This document shows positions 18,227-28,572 of a DNA stretch of 64,000 nucleotides, one piece after another. The DNA is from Clostridiaceae bacterium (GTDB lineage: Bacteria > Bacillota > Clostridia > DSM-8532), in contig JAAYLX010000011.1 in the NCBI GenBank assembly GCA_012521705.1, forward strand, positions 10,958 through 74,957, written 5' to 3'. Numbering within the stretch: the first letter of the stretch is position 1; each line of letters starts with the position of its first letter. Below the pieces are notes generated by a model. That model ran no database searches and was not told the origin of the DNA. It worked only from the letters and a program-made list of their open reading frames with translations. Both the position numbers and the translations under genes were made by a program.

Positions 18227-19648
18227 ATGTATGATGTTAAGTCAAAACATGCAACTGAATTTATTGACGATGCTGAGATTCTTGAAACGCTTGATTATTC
18301 TGAAAAAAATAAGAATAACCGTCAGCTTATAGAGTCCATCCTTGAACGGGCAAGTACCTGTAAAGGACTGACTCACAGAGAAGCAGCAGTTTTGCTGGAT
18401 TGTGAGTTGGAGGACCTGAACAGCAGGATTTATGAACTGGCCAATGAGATAAAGCACAGGATTTATGGAAACAGAATAGTAATGTTTGCGCCTCTGTATC
18501 TCTCAAATTATTGCGTAAACGGTTGTATATACTGCCCTTATCATTACAAAAACAAACATATGAAACGCAAAAAACTATCCCAGGAAGACATCCGCAGGGA
18601 AGTAATAGCTTTGCAGGATATGGGCCATAAAAGACTTGCTCTTGAAGCTGGAGAGGACCCTGTAAACAATCCCATTGAGTATATACTTGAAAGCATTGAT
18701 ACAATTTACAGCATCAAACACAAAAACGGAGCAATACGAAGGGTAAACGTAAATATTGCCGCCACAACCGTTGAAAACTACCGTAGACTTAAAGAAGCAG
18801 GAATAGGTACATATATTCTGTTTCAGGAGACATACAACAAAAAAGCATATGAAGAACTACATCCTACAGGTCCAAAGCATAACTATGCCTATCATACCGA
18901 GGCAATGGACCGCGCCATGGAAGGCGGAATTGACGATGTAGGACTGGGAGTGCTTTTCGGACTTAATCTGTATCGTTATGATCTCGTGGGACTTTTGATG
19001 CACGCAGAACACCTTGAAGCAGTTTATGGCGTCGGCCCGCATACCATAAGTGTTCCACGCCTGCGCCCTGCTGATGACGGAATAAATCCTGAAGATTTCA
19101 GTAATGCAGTTCCGGACAAAATTTTTGAGAAAATAATAGCGGTTATTCGTTTGGCTGTACCATATACAGGCATGATTATATCTACAAGGGAATCAAAAAA
19201 TATGAGGAAGCGGGCAATTGAACTTGGAGTGTCACAAATCAGCGGCGCGTCCAGAACAAGTGTCGGGGGTTATGTTGAACCTGAAGAAGAGGATGAGAAT
19301 ACAGCCCAGTTTGATATAAGTGACAACAGAACCCTTGACCAGGTAGTTAGCTGGCTTTTTGACCTTGGATGTGTGCCAAGCTTCTGCACCGCCTGTTATC
19401 GCGAAGGTCGTACTGGAGACCGGTTTATGAGACTTGCAAAAACCGGCCAGATACAGAACTGCTGTCACCCCAATGCTCTTATGACTCTGAAGGAATACCT
19501 TGAGGATTATGCGTCTCCGGAGACAAAGAGAAAAGGAGAGGAACTCATTGCAAAGGAAGTCCTTAAGGTACCAAACGAAAAGGTCCGTTCACTACTCATA
19601 GACCACCTTAAAAACATCGAAGAAGGTAAGCGTGATTTCAGATTTTAA
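18227..19648 (+). CDS. hydG: [FeFe]-hydrogenase maturase HydG (radical SAM tyrosine lyase)
   Basis: 473 aa with CVNGCIYCPY near the N-terminus and a C-terminal CTACY...CC auxiliary-cluster region that distinguishes HydG from ThiH. Confidence 0.9.
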   Translation: MYDVKSKHATEFIDDAEILETLDYSEKNKNNRQLIESILERASTCKGLTHREAAVLLDCELEDLNSRIYELANEIKHRIYGNRIVMFAPLYLSNYCVNGCIYCPYHYKNKHMKRKKLSQEDIRREVIALQDMGHKRLALEAGEDPVNNPIEYILESIDTIYSIKHKNGAIRRVNVNIAATTVENYRRLKEAGIGTYILFQETYNKKAYEELHPTGPKHNYAYHTEAMDRAMEGGIDDVGLGVLFGLNLYRYDLVGLLMHAEHLEAVYGVGPHTISVPRLRPADDGINPEDFSNAVPDKIFEKIIAVIRLAVPYTGMIISTRESKNMRKRAIELGVSQISGASRTSVGGYVEPEEEDENTAQFDISDNRTLDQVVSWLFDLGCVPSFCTACYREGRTGDRFMRLAKTGQIQNCCHPNALMTLKEYLEDYASPETKRKGEELIAKEVLKVPNEKVRSLLIDHLKNIEEGKRDFRF

Positions 19649-19659
19649 TGCTTAGATAA

Positions 19660-19922
19660 GTGCAAAGGTTTTGCCTTTGCACTTTATATTTTGTAAACAG
19701 TGAACTAAAAATTAATCTAATGAAGTGAAACGACTCAGTATATAAGCAATCACGCAGGAGAGTGCAAAAACTATTGATGAAATGCTCGGTTTGATTGATG
19801 GCAATTGACTGGATGTCGGTTGAGCGTACAGCTTTCCTGAGCCGAGGACGTGAAAAGACTTTGCCGCTTGCACATAACAACTTAATGAGTTGAGGATGCG
19901 AAAAAGATTGATCCTTTTGCAC
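19660..19922 (+). repeat. Interspersed structured element, degenerate/composite copy 2
   Basis: Shares the left hairpin GTGCAAAGG-TTTT-GCCTTTGCAC, the AAGCAATC..GCAGG block and TACAGCTTTCCTGAGCCGAGGACG with copies 1 and 3. The right-end module is duplicated. The left hairpin plus TTTATATTTT doubles as the hydG terminator. Confidence 0.6.
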
Positions 19923-20168
19923 TGAGATTCGGATGTTAATGAATAACAGCAGAAAAATATTTGACTTTTTGGTCATGAAAAATAGGCTTGCCCAGCCTAT
20001 ATGAATTGGATATACTTATATTTATAGTTCAGAAAGTCACGTTTGTGACTTTCTCTGCCGTTAATAATCATTTTGTTCCTTTATTGCAGAGGGTTTTACG
20101 ATATAATTTTTTACTGCGGGACAAAGATAACATTTTAAATCACTCAAAAGAGAGGTCGGAATACCATT

Positions 20169-22808
20169 ATGCGAAAATATGGATTAAATGAATTGAGAGA
20201 GATGTACCTGTCCTTCTTCGAAAGTAAGGGACATCTTCGCCTGCCCAGTTTCTCACTTGTACCACAGAATGACCCAAGTATTCTTTTGATCAATGCAGGA
20301 ATGACACCGCTGAAGCCTTATTTTACCGGTACTGAAATACCTCCGCGTAAAAGGGTTACAACCTGCCAAAAATGTATCCGTACCCCTGACATTGAAAACG
20401 TGGGTAAGACAAGCAGGCATGGTACATTCTTTGAGATGTTAGGCAATTTCTCCTTTGGCGATTACTTTAAGAAAGAAGCAATTGCCTGGGCATGGGAGTT
20501 CATGACAAAGACTCTTGAAATACCTGAGGACAAGCTTTATGTCTCTGTTTATGAAGAAGACGATGAAGCTTATGATATATGGCACAAGGATATTGGCTTG
20601 CCTGAAAGCAAAATATTCCGTATGGGAAAAGACAGTAACTTCTGGGAGCATGGAACAGGTCCCTGCGGCCCATGTTCTGAAATATACTATGACCGCGGAC
20701 CCGACAAGGGATGCGGAAGCCCGGATTGTCAGCCCGGCTGTGACTGTGACAGATATGTTGAAGTCTGGAACAATGTATTCTCCCAGTTCGACCGCCAGGA
20801 AGACGGATCTTATGTAGAACTTAAGAACAAAAACATTGATACCGGTATGGGTCTTGAAAGACTTGCCTGTGTAATGCAGGAAGTTGACAATATTTTCGAG
20901 GTTGATGCCATCCGTGCTATCCTTGACCATGTCTGCAGGGTTGCAGGAGTGGATTACGGAAAGGAATACAAAAAAGATGTTTCCATCCGTGTTATTACCG
21001 ACCATTCCAGAAGTGTTACCATGATGGTTTCTGACGGAATTCTTCCTTCCAATGAAGGCCGTGGCTATGTTCTTAGAAGACTTTTAAGAAGAGCTGCAAG
21101 ACATGGAAGGCTTCTTGGAATAAACCGTACATTCTTAAGTGAAATAGCTGACACCGTTATAGCATGCTTTGGAGATGCTTATCCTAATCTTAAGGAAAAG
21201 CAGGATTATATAAAGAAAGTTATCAGTCTGGAAGAAGAACGCTTCTACTCCACCATTGATCAGGGAATGGTGATTCTGGAGGAATATATGAATGAAGCCC
21301 GCCAGAATGGATCAAACTGCCTGACTGGTGAAATGGTGTTCAAACTTCATGATACTTTTGGTTTCCCTCTTGATCTGACAAGGGAAATTGCTTTGGAAAA
21401 CGGTCTTTCCATTGATGAGGACGGATTCCACAATGAGATGAAGAAGCAGAAGGAAAAAGCCCGTGAAGCACACAAGAGCAGGGAAGGCTCTGCCTGGGAA
21501 AAAGGTTTATTTGCAGGCGCCGACAACAATGTAACTACAAAATTTGAAGGATATACAAAGAACACCACTGAGAGCACTGTCCTGTATATTATCCTGGACA
21601 ACGAATTAAGGGACGCTGCCCAGCAGGATGATGAAGTGACACTTGTTTTGGATGTAACTCCTTTCTATGCTGAAAGCGGCGGACAGGTCGGCGATACCGG
21701 CTATATTACCAATGATAACTTTAAGATGCAGGTAAATGACTGCCGCAAGACTTCGGACGGCAAATACCTCCATATAGGTAAAGTCGTATCAGGAAGTGTT
21801 CAGACAGGAGACAAAGTAACTGCTACAATAGATATTGAAAGAAGAAAAGCTACTGCCAGGAACCATACAGTTACACACCTTCTGCATAAGGCGCTCAGAA
21901 ATGTGCTCGGTGACCATGTCCACCAGGCTGGATCACTGGTTACTCCCGAGAGGCTTCGTTTTGACTTTACCCACTTCTCTACAATGACACCTGAGCAGCT
22001 TGATGCTGTGGAGTCTGAAGTAAATGCCAGAATCCTTGAAAACCTTCCTGTGGACATCAGGGAAATGCCCATGGACGAGGCCAAAAAACTGGGCGTCACC
22101 GCACTGTTTGGCGAAAAGTATGGAGATATCGTCCGTGTTGTAGCTGCCGGAGATTACAGCAAGGAACTCTGTGGCGGTACCCACTTGACTGCAACTGCTG
22201 AAGCCGGTCTTATAAAAATACTGGGTGAAAGCGGAATATCTGCAGGTGTAAGAAGAATTGAGGCGCTTACAGGATTTAATGCGATAAATTACTACAAAGA
22301 CAGGGAAAAATTATTGCACAAGGCTTCTGATGCTGCAAAAGCATCCACTGATGAGCTTGTACACAGAATAGAAGCTCTCTTCGATGAGGTGAAGACAACA
22401 AGGAAGGAACTTGAAGAGGCAAATGCCAAACTTGTAAGGAGTAATATGGATTCCATTCTCAGTTCTGCTGAAACTGTCAATGGTATCAAAATTGCAACAG
22501 CAAAACTTGATAACCTTGATATGAACGCTCTCAGAACTGCTTCTGATGAACTGAAAAACAAGATTGGCTCCGGTGTGGTCATATTGATCTCCAGCAAGGA
22601 TGACAAAGTCAACCTCATAGTATCAGCTACAAAAGATGCAGTGACTGCAGGAATTCATTGTGGTAATATTATTAAAGAAGCTGCTGCCGCCTGCGGCGGT
22701 GGTGGTGGCGGTCGCCCCGATATGGCACAGGCCGGAGGCAAAGATCCTTCCGGTATTGACGAGGCATTACGCATTGCCAGGGAAAAAGCTGCAGAAGCAT
22801 TAAAATAA
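20169..22808 (+). CDS. alaS: Alanine--tRNA ligase
   Basis: 879 aa, full-length AlaRS, including the HxxxH editing motifs and the C-terminal GGGGGGRPDMAQAGG. Confidence 0.97.
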   Translation: MRKYGLNELREMYLSFFESKGHLRLPSFSLVPQNDPSILLINAGMTPLKPYFTGTEIPPRKRVTTCQKCIRTPDIENVGKTSRHGTFFEMLGNFSFGDYFKKEAIAWAWEFMTKTLEIPEDKLYVSVYEEDDEAYDIWHKDIGLPESKIFRMGKDSNFWEHGTGPCGPCSEIYYDRGPDKGCGSPDCQPGCDCDRYVEVWNNVFSQFDRQEDGSYVELKNKNIDTGMGLERLACVMQEVDNIFEVDAIRAILDHVCRVAGVDYGKEYKKDVSIRVITDHSRSVTMMVSDGILPSNEGRGYVLRRLLRRAARHGRLLGINRTFLSEIADTVIACFGDAYPNLKEKQDYIKKVISLEEERFYSTIDQGMVILEEYMNEARQNGSNCLTGEMVFKLHDTFGFPLDLTREIALENGLSIDEDGFHNEMKKQKEKAREAHKSREGSAWEKGLFAGADNNVTTKFEGYTKNTTESTVLYIILDNELRDAAQQDDEVTLVLDVTPFYAESGGQVGDTGYITNDNFKMQVNDCRKTSDGKYLHIGKVVSGSVQTGDKVTATIDIERRKATARNHTVTHLLHKALRNVLGDHVHQAGSLVTPERLRFDFTHFSTMTPEQLDAVESEVNARILENLPVDIREMPMDEAKKLGVTALFGEKYGDIVRVVAAGDYSKELCGGTHLTATAEAGLIKILGESGISAGVRRIEALTGFNAINYYKDREKLLHKASDAAKASTDELVHRIEALFDEVKTTRKELEEANAKLVRSNMDSILSSAETVNGIKIATAKLDNLDMNALRTASDELKNKIGSGVVILISSKDDKVNLIVSATKDAVTAGIHCGNIIKEAAAACGGGGGGRPDMAQAGGKDPSGIDEALRIAREKAAEALK

Positions 22809-22935
22809 CATTCATAAGTATTGAAGAATCGCAGCTTTGTCCGCATAATTAAAGCATTAACCAAGAATAGTTGTAATGTCATGACATTAATACGTCATAC
22901 CATTAATACAACAATAGCAAATTAGGAGTGATATA

Positions 22936-23280
22936 ATGGACAACTGCCTTTTTTGCAGAATTATAAAAGGTGAGATTCCGTCCGCCAAGGTTTACGAGGA
23001 TGAATATGTCTATGCATTCAAAGACATTAATCCTGTAGCTCCGGTCCACGTTCTTGTGGTACCCAAAACCCATATTGCGAGTCTTGAAGATTTGAACGAC
23101 GGGAATATTGAAAACGTGGTTCATATTCACAGGGGCATTCAGCAGGTTGCAAAGGTGATGGGTATAAATGATTCCGGCTACAGAGTGATAGTAAACTGCG
23201 GTGAAAATGCGGGGCAAACTGTTTTTCATCTCCATTACCACGTAGTTGGTGGGGTGAAAATGAATGAAAAAATATTATAG
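22936..23280 (+). CDS. HIT-family (histidine triad) nucleotide hydrolase
   Basis: 114 aa with the HLHYHVVGG histidine triad. Confidence 0.9.
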   Translation: MDNCLFCRIIKGEIPSAKVYEDEYVYAFKDINPVAPVHVLVVPKTHIASLEDLNDGNIENVVHIHRGIQQVAKVMGINDSGYRVIVNCGENAGQTVFHLHYHVVGGVKMNEKIL

Positions 23281-23306
23281 CGGCTATCCGCTGTCGGAAA
23301 AATATG

Positions 23307-23335
23307 TTGACGGTATTTCAAAGGGTAGCTATAAT
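23307..23335 (+). promoter_or_regulatory. Sigma-A promoter candidate for rpsU
   Basis: TTGACG (23307-23312), 17-nt spacer, TATAAT (23330-23335). Confidence 0.55.
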
Positions 23336-23427
23336 AGAATACGTGCTGTAACATGGTTTACCATTCACATGAACTGGATAAATCCCCTGGCACGGCTGTA
23401 CGTACGTAACAGAGGGGAGGGATAGAT

Positions 23428-23604
23428 GTGTCTGAAGTAAGAGTTAAGGAGAACGAATCCCTTGACAGTGCGCTTAAGAGATTTAAGAGACAATGTGCTA
23501 AGGCTGGAGTTCTCGCTGAAGTAAGGAAGAGAGAGCACTATGTCAAGCCGAGCGTAAAACGCAAGAAGAAATCCGAGGCTGCGAGGAAGAGAAAGACAAA
23601 GTAA
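23428..23604 (+). CDS. rpsU: 30S ribosomal protein S21; not in the ORF track (58 aa)
   Basis: Own translation from GTG 23428 after GGAGG: [58 protein letters not shown]. This is canonical S21. Confidence 0.9.
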   Translation: MSEVRVKENESLDSALKRFKRQCAKAGVLAEVRKREHYVKPSVKRKKKSEAARKRKTK

Positions 23605-23617
23605 AAGGGAGATAATA

Positions 23618-24061
23618 ATGACCCTGAAAGAGCGATTGTTGAATGATTTCAAGATCGCCATGAGAGACAAGGATACTATCCGCAAAGATACTATCCAATT
23701 GATCCGGGCGGCGATACTTAAAATTGAAAAAGACAAACACATTACCCTTGATGATGAGGGAGTAGCTGAGATTCTGGCCAAGGAACTGAAAAGTGCCCGC
23801 GAAACTCTTTCTGAAATAGAAAAAAGTGGACGGGAAGATTTGATGGAAAAGGCCAGAAAGGAAATAGAAATCATTCAGCAATATTTGCCTGAACAGCTAA
23901 CCGAGGATGAATTGGAGGCTATTATTAAGGATGCAATCCTTGAGACTGGCGCTCAATCTGCTAAGGATATGGGAAAGATCATGAAGGTGGTCATGCCCAG
24001 GGTGAAAGGCAGATCGGACGGAAGTCTGGTCAATCAAATAGCAAGGAAATTATTATCATAA
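23618..24061 (+). CDS. yqeY: GatB/YqeY-domain protein
   Basis: 147 aa, YqeY-like, in the conserved position after rpsU. Confidence 0.85.
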   Translation: MTLKERLLNDFKIAMRDKDTIRKDTIQLIRAAILKIEKDKHITLDDEGVAEILAKELKSARETLSEIEKSGREDLMEKARKEIEIIQQYLPEQLTEDELEAIIKDAILETGAQSAKDMGKIMKVVMPRVKGRSDGSLVNQIARKLLS

Positions 24062-24065
24062 CCAC

Positions 24066-24100
24066 AAAGCCCGGAAAAACACCGGGCTTTACTTATTTAT
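24066..24100 (+). terminator. Intrinsic terminator after yqeY
   Basis: AAAGCCCGG pairs with CCGGGCTTT. A T-rich tail follows. Confidence 0.7.
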
Positions 24101-24130
24101 TGTGAGTTAATTTCTATTGAGGAATTCTGA

Positions 24131-26278
24131 ATGAAGAACTATTATTTTGGAAATGAAAAGCGCTGGCTGCTTGATGAGCTTCCTGAAGTCACCAGGCTCC
24201 AAAGTGATTACATACCTGATCTGATATACAGAATACTTGCCCAGAGGGGTATAAAAGACCAGGAAGAAGCCCTGGCCTTCTTAAATCCCTCTCTGGAAAC
24301 ACTTCATGACCCTTTTTTGATGGACGGCATGGATACTGCCGTGGATAGAATAATTGACGCGATAAAGAACAACGAAAAAATTCTTGTGTATGGCGATTAT
24401 GACGTTGACGGGGTTGCCGCGACTTCAATTCTGGTTCGCTTTTTCAGAACCCATAACATTCAGATAGAATACTATATTCCTGACCGGGTTGACGAGGGAT
24501 ATGGAATTTCAGATATTGCTGTTGAGTACATAATAAACAATGATTACGATCTTATAATTACAGTGGATTGCGGAATAACAGCCTGCGAACAGGTTAAAGC
24601 CATATATGACGGATACAGATCAAAAGGCAGGAAAATCGATATTATTGTTACCGACCACCACCAGTGCAATGAAAAAATGATGCCTGAAGCACTGGTTGTA
24701 ATCGATCCCCATGTTCCCGACTGCAAATATCCCTATAAAAACTTGTGTGGCGCTGGTCTGGCACTTAAACTTGTACAGGGTATATGTATGAGACTAAACA
24801 TTCCCGATAAGTACAAGGACTATCTGGATCTTGCTGCACTTGCAACAATAGCAGATATTGTTGAACTTAAAGGCGAAAACAGGATAATTGCTAAATACGG
24901 CATAGACAAGATTTCCTCAAATCCGTGCACGGGTATTAAATCGCTTATTAAAGTATCACAGTTAAATAATATTGATGCTTATAGCGTTTCATTCGGACTT
25001 GCGCCAAAGGTAAATGCGGCAGGACGGATGGGGGACGCCAAACTCGCTGTGGAACTGTTTACCACTGACGACAGGGAGGAAGCTGACAGAATTGCTTATC
25101 TTCTTAACCAGTCAAACAGCAAAAGAAAAGAAATACAGGATGAAATTTTTGAGTCGGCGGTAAAAACGATAGAAGAGAATCCACGTTACAAAAGCGACAA
25201 GGTTCTGGTAGTCTGGGGAGAAGATTATCATCACGGAGTAATAGGAATTGTCGCATCAAAGCTTGTTGAATGCTATCATAAACCTGCGATTGTTTTGTCC
25301 ATAGAGGACGAAAAGGCAGTGGGATCGGCAAGAAGCATTGATGGTTTTAATATTTTCAAAGCTTTTGAAGAAGTATCTGATATTCTTATTAAATATGGCG
25401 GCCATGAACGTGCCGGAGGCCTTTCTCTGAGGACAGAAGACCTGAGAACTTTCCGGGAAATGATAAATATTTGCGCCGGGAAATATATCACAGATGAGAT
25501 GCTTACACCCGCTGTAAATATCAACCTTGAGGTCACAGAAAAAGATATCAGTATTGAAAATGCAAGGCTTATTTCAAGACTTGAACCCTTTGGCCCCGGG
25601 AACCAGATGCCTGTTTTCTGCCTGAGAAATAAAGTAATTGAGTCAAAAAAAGTTATTGGAAACGGGAAGCATCTTAGCCTTTGCTTGAATATCAACGGGA
25701 AACTGGTAAATGCAATCTATTTCGGAAAGGGCTATCTTGATGCGGGATTATTTCTTGGTGATGTGGTCGACATAATTTTTACTCAGGAAGTAAATGTATG
25801 GCAAAATGTAGAATCCCTCCAGCTCAGAATCCTGGATATGCGTCTTAATGAGTTGGAACTTAAACGCAACCGGTTCTTCATTAAAGCTCTTCATCAGGCA
25901 GAATGTCTTGATTCTGACTGTAATTGGCTCTATAATGGGATTATTGATAAACTAATAGATAATGACGATATATTAGTTAACAGGAACGACCTGGCGCTCA
26001 TATATAAATATATAATCCGGATGGAGCAAAAGACTTTTTCACTTACCGAGCTGTTTATTCATTCTAAAAAGATTGAAAAAAATACAAGAAAGAACATGAA
26101 CGGTTTTAAGTTTTTCATAGGATTGCTCGCTTTTGAGGAACTGGGACTTCTGAAATTGGAGCTGAATCCTGATGAAAAATACGAAATAATAATTTATGAT
26201 GATGTGGGAAAGGTCGATTTAAACGATTCGGAAATGTTAAACTGGGTGCGTAGTGCGGTCCGTGGTTTTAAACCATAG
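24131..26278 (+). CDS. recJ: Single-stranded-DNA-specific exonuclease RecJ
   Basis: 715 aa with DHH motifs (DYDVDG, VTDHHQ) and a DHHA1 GGHERAGG motif. Confidence 0.9.
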   Translation: MKNYYFGNEKRWLLDELPEVTRLQSDYIPDLIYRILAQRGIKDQEEALAFLNPSLETLHDPFLMDGMDTAVDRIIDAIKNNEKILVYGDYDVDGVAATSILVRFFRTHNIQIEYYIPDRVDEGYGISDIAVEYIINNDYDLIITVDCGITACEQVKAIYDGYRSKGRKIDIIVTDHHQCNEKMMPEALVVIDPHVPDCKYPYKNLCGAGLALKLVQGICMRLNIPDKYKDYLDLAALATIADIVELKGENRIIAKYGIDKISSNPCTGIKSLIKVSQLNNIDAYSVSFGLAPKVNAAGRMGDAKLAVELFTTDDREEADRIAYLLNQSNSKRKEIQDEIFESAVKTIEENPRYKSDKVLVVWGEDYHHGVIGIVASKLVECYHKPAIVLSIEDEKAVGSARSIDGFNIFKAFEEVSDILIKYGGHERAGGLSLRTEDLRTFREMINICAGKYITDEMLTPAVNINLEVTEKDISIENARLISRLEPFGPGNQMPVFCLRNKVIESKKVIGNGKHLSLCLNINGKLVNAIYFGKGYLDAGLFLGDVVDIIFTQEVNVWQNVESLQLRILDMRLNELELKRNRFFIKALHQAECLDSDCNWLYNGIIDKLIDNDDILVNRNDLALIYKYIIRMEQKTFSLTELFIHSKKIEKNTRKNMNGFKFFIGLLAFEELGLLKLELNPDEKYEIIIYDDVGKVDLNDSEMLNWVRSAVRGFKP

Positions 26279-26291
26279 AATGGTGGTATTA

Positions 26292-28484
26292 ATGCTGGAT
26301 CAATTTATCAAACTTAAAGAGTTGATAAGTAAATATAACCCAAACGCCAATTTTGCGCTTATTGAAAAAGCCTATAACCTTTCCAACCAGGCCCATGCCG
26401 GTCAGGAAAGGGTTTCCGGCGACCCTTACATCACTCATCCTGTAGAGGTTGGGTGTATTTTGGCTGAGCTTGAAATGGACGACAGCTCTATTGCTGCCGG
26501 AATCCTGCATGACACAATTGAGGATACAACATTCACTTATCAGCAGATAAAGGAAGAATTTGGAGAAGAAATAGCGGAACTTGTCGATGGTGTTTCCAAA
26601 TTGACTCAGATTCCCTATACCACTAAACAGGAAATACAGGCCGAGAACTTCCGAAAGATGTTTTTGGCTATGGCCAAAGATATCAGGGTAATTATCATAA
26701 AACTTTGCGACCGCCTTCATAATATGCGAACCCTTAAGTTTATGAGCCGTGAAAAACAGATTCAGAAGGCGCAGGAAACACTGGATATTTATGCTCCCCT
26801 GGCTCATCGTCTTGGTATCAACAAGATAAAATGGGAGCTTGAGGACTTAAGTTTCCGTTATCTCAATGAAAAGAAATATTATGAACTGGTTGAGAAAATT
26901 GCAAAGAAGCGCCGTGAACGTGAAGAATATATAAACAACATTATTGAAGTTGTCAGGAAAAAGACCCAGGAAGTCGGTATAGAAGCGGATATTACAGGCC
27001 GCGCTAAACATCTTTACAGCATCTATAAAAAGATGATCACTCAAAACAAAACCATTGAACAGATTTATGATTTATTTGCAATTCGTTTGATAGTCAATAC
27101 GGTCAAAGATTGCTATACGGTATTCGGTCTTATGCATGAGCTTTTCAAGCCCATGCCCGGCAGATTCAAAGATTATATATCAATGCCCAAACCAAACATG
27201 TATCAGTCACTCCATTCCACCGTTATCGGACCGGAAGGCATTCCCTTTGAAGTTCAGATTCGTACATGGGAAATGCATAAAGTGGCTGAAGTTGGTATTG
27301 CCGCCCACTGGCAGTACAAAGAGGGCGGAGGATTCAACGAGAAATCCTATGCCGAAAAATTGTCCTGGTTAAGACAGATGATTGATTGGCAGAAGGATGC
27401 AAGAGATCCCGACGAGTTTATGGAGAACCTGAAAATAGATCTCTTTACAGATGAGGTTTTCGTTTTCACTCCCAAGGGCGATGTCAAAAGCCTTAAAGCA
27501 GGCTCCACTCCCATAGATTTTGCCTATTCCATCCATAGCGCAGTCGGAAACAGGATGATTGGCGCCAAGGTTAACGGAAGGATTGTCAACCTTGACTATG
27601 AGCTGAAAAACGGGGATATAGTTGAGATTATTACTTCGGGCGCAAGTAACGGCCCCTCCCGTGACTGGCTTAAGATAGTCAAGACATCCCAGGCAAGAAA
27701 CAAGATAAACCAGTGGTTCAAAAAGGAAAAGAGAGAAGAGAACGTAGAACAGGGTAAGGAGCTCTTTGAAAGAGAACTTAAAAGAAATGCCCTGACTCCA
27801 AGCCAGGTACTGAAAAACGAGTTCCTTGATCCAATGTTCAGGAAATACAATTTCCGCAATATTGAGGATGTATATGCCGCAATAGCCTTAGGCGCCATTA
27901 CGGCAAACAAAGTTGTGTCAAGGCTCAAGGAGGAATACAGAAAGAGCCTGCCTCCCGAAGAGCAGACCAACATGCTTCTTGAGCAAATTGAAAAGGACAA
28001 CAAAACCAAGAAGCGCAAAAAGAACATGCCCGACAGCGGCGTAGTAGTAAAAGGCATAGACAACTGTCTTGTAAGGCTTTCCCGCTGCTGCAACCCAGTT
28101 CCTGGAGATGATATTATCGGGTATATAACAAGGGGCCGCGGTGTTTCGGTACACCGTCGGGACTGCACTAATATGCAGACAAATATTATTGACGGGGATG
28201 CCAGACTCATAGAGGTATCCTGGTACAAGAATCCATCTCCAAATGTTTCATACCTTGCAGAAATTACAATGAAAGCCCATGACAGACAGGGCCTTATTGT
28301 GGAGATAACATCTGCCATAGGTGAATCAAGGATACCACTCAGAGCGATTAATGCCAGACCTACAAAGGATATGAATGTATCCATGCATATGACCCTTGAA
28401 ATAAATAATACCGATCAGTTGGACAGAATTATCGCCAAACTCAGTAAAATCAAGGATGTATTTGAAATCTCACGTAATAAATAA
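26292..28484 (+). CDS. relA: Bifunctional (p)ppGpp synthetase/hydrolase (RelA/SpoT family)
   Basis: HD hydrolase, synthetase, TGS and ACT regions are recognisable. The start is uncertain among 26253, 26280 and 26292. I chose 26292 (MLDQFIKLKE) after GGTGG. Confidence 0.9.
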   Translation: MLDQFIKLKELISKYNPNANFALIEKAYNLSNQAHAGQERVSGDPYITHPVEVGCILAELEMDDSSIAAGILHDTIEDTTFTYQQIKEEFGEEIAELVDGVSKLTQIPYTTKQEIQAENFRKMFLAMAKDIRVIIIKLCDRLHNMRTLKFMSREKQIQKAQETLDIYAPLAHRLGINKIKWELEDLSFRYLNEKKYYELVEKIAKKRREREEYINNIIEVVRKKTQEVGIEADITGRAKHLYSIYKKMITQNKTIEQIYDLFAIRLIVNTVKDCYTVFGLMHELFKPMPGRFKDYISMPKPNMYQSLHSTVIGPEGIPFEVQIRTWEMHKVAEVGIAAHWQYKEGGGFNEKSYAEKLSWLRQMIDWQKDARDPDEFMENLKIDLFTDEVFVFTPKGDVKSLKAGSTPIDFAYSIHSAVGNRMIGAKVNGRIVNLDYELKNGDIVEIITSGASNGPSRDWLKIVKTSQARNKINQWFKKEKREENVEQGKELFERELKRNALTPSQVLKNEFLDPMFRKYNFRNIEDVYAAIALGAITANKVVSRLKEEYRKSLPPEEQTNMLLEQIEKDNKTKKRKKNMPDSGVVVKGIDNCLVRLSRCCNPVPGDDIIGYITRGRGVSVHRRDCTNMQTNIIDGDARLIEVSWYKNPSPNVSYLAEITMKAHDRQGLIVEITSAIGESRIPLRAINARPTKDMNVSMHMTLEINNTDQLDRIIAKLSKIKDVFEISRNK

Positions 28485-28572
28485 GTCCGGATAACCTTCT
28501 TAATAACTTTCGAATATTACCGGAAATTGCGAAAAACAGGTTAATAAATATCACTATGCGGGGAGTTTTGCT

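Noticed and set aside
19988-20191. 67-aa ORF overlapping the alaS start region
   Set aside because: It has no SD and a hydrophobic/AT-biased composition. It overlaps the alaS SD and start, and it spans the palindrome and promoter-like region.
27596-28384. 262-aa antisense ORF inside relA, plus similar long antisense ORFs at 46971-47711 (aroA/aroC), 20439-21005 (alaS), 38217-38801 (acyl-CoA ligase), 40211-40732 (pta), 23365-23881 (rpsU/yqeY) and 41392-41901 (ackA)
   Set aside because: Each lies opposite a gene with unmistakable family motifs. They have Ser/Leu/Pro/Phe-rich compositions typical of antisense frames, no SD and no recognisable domains.
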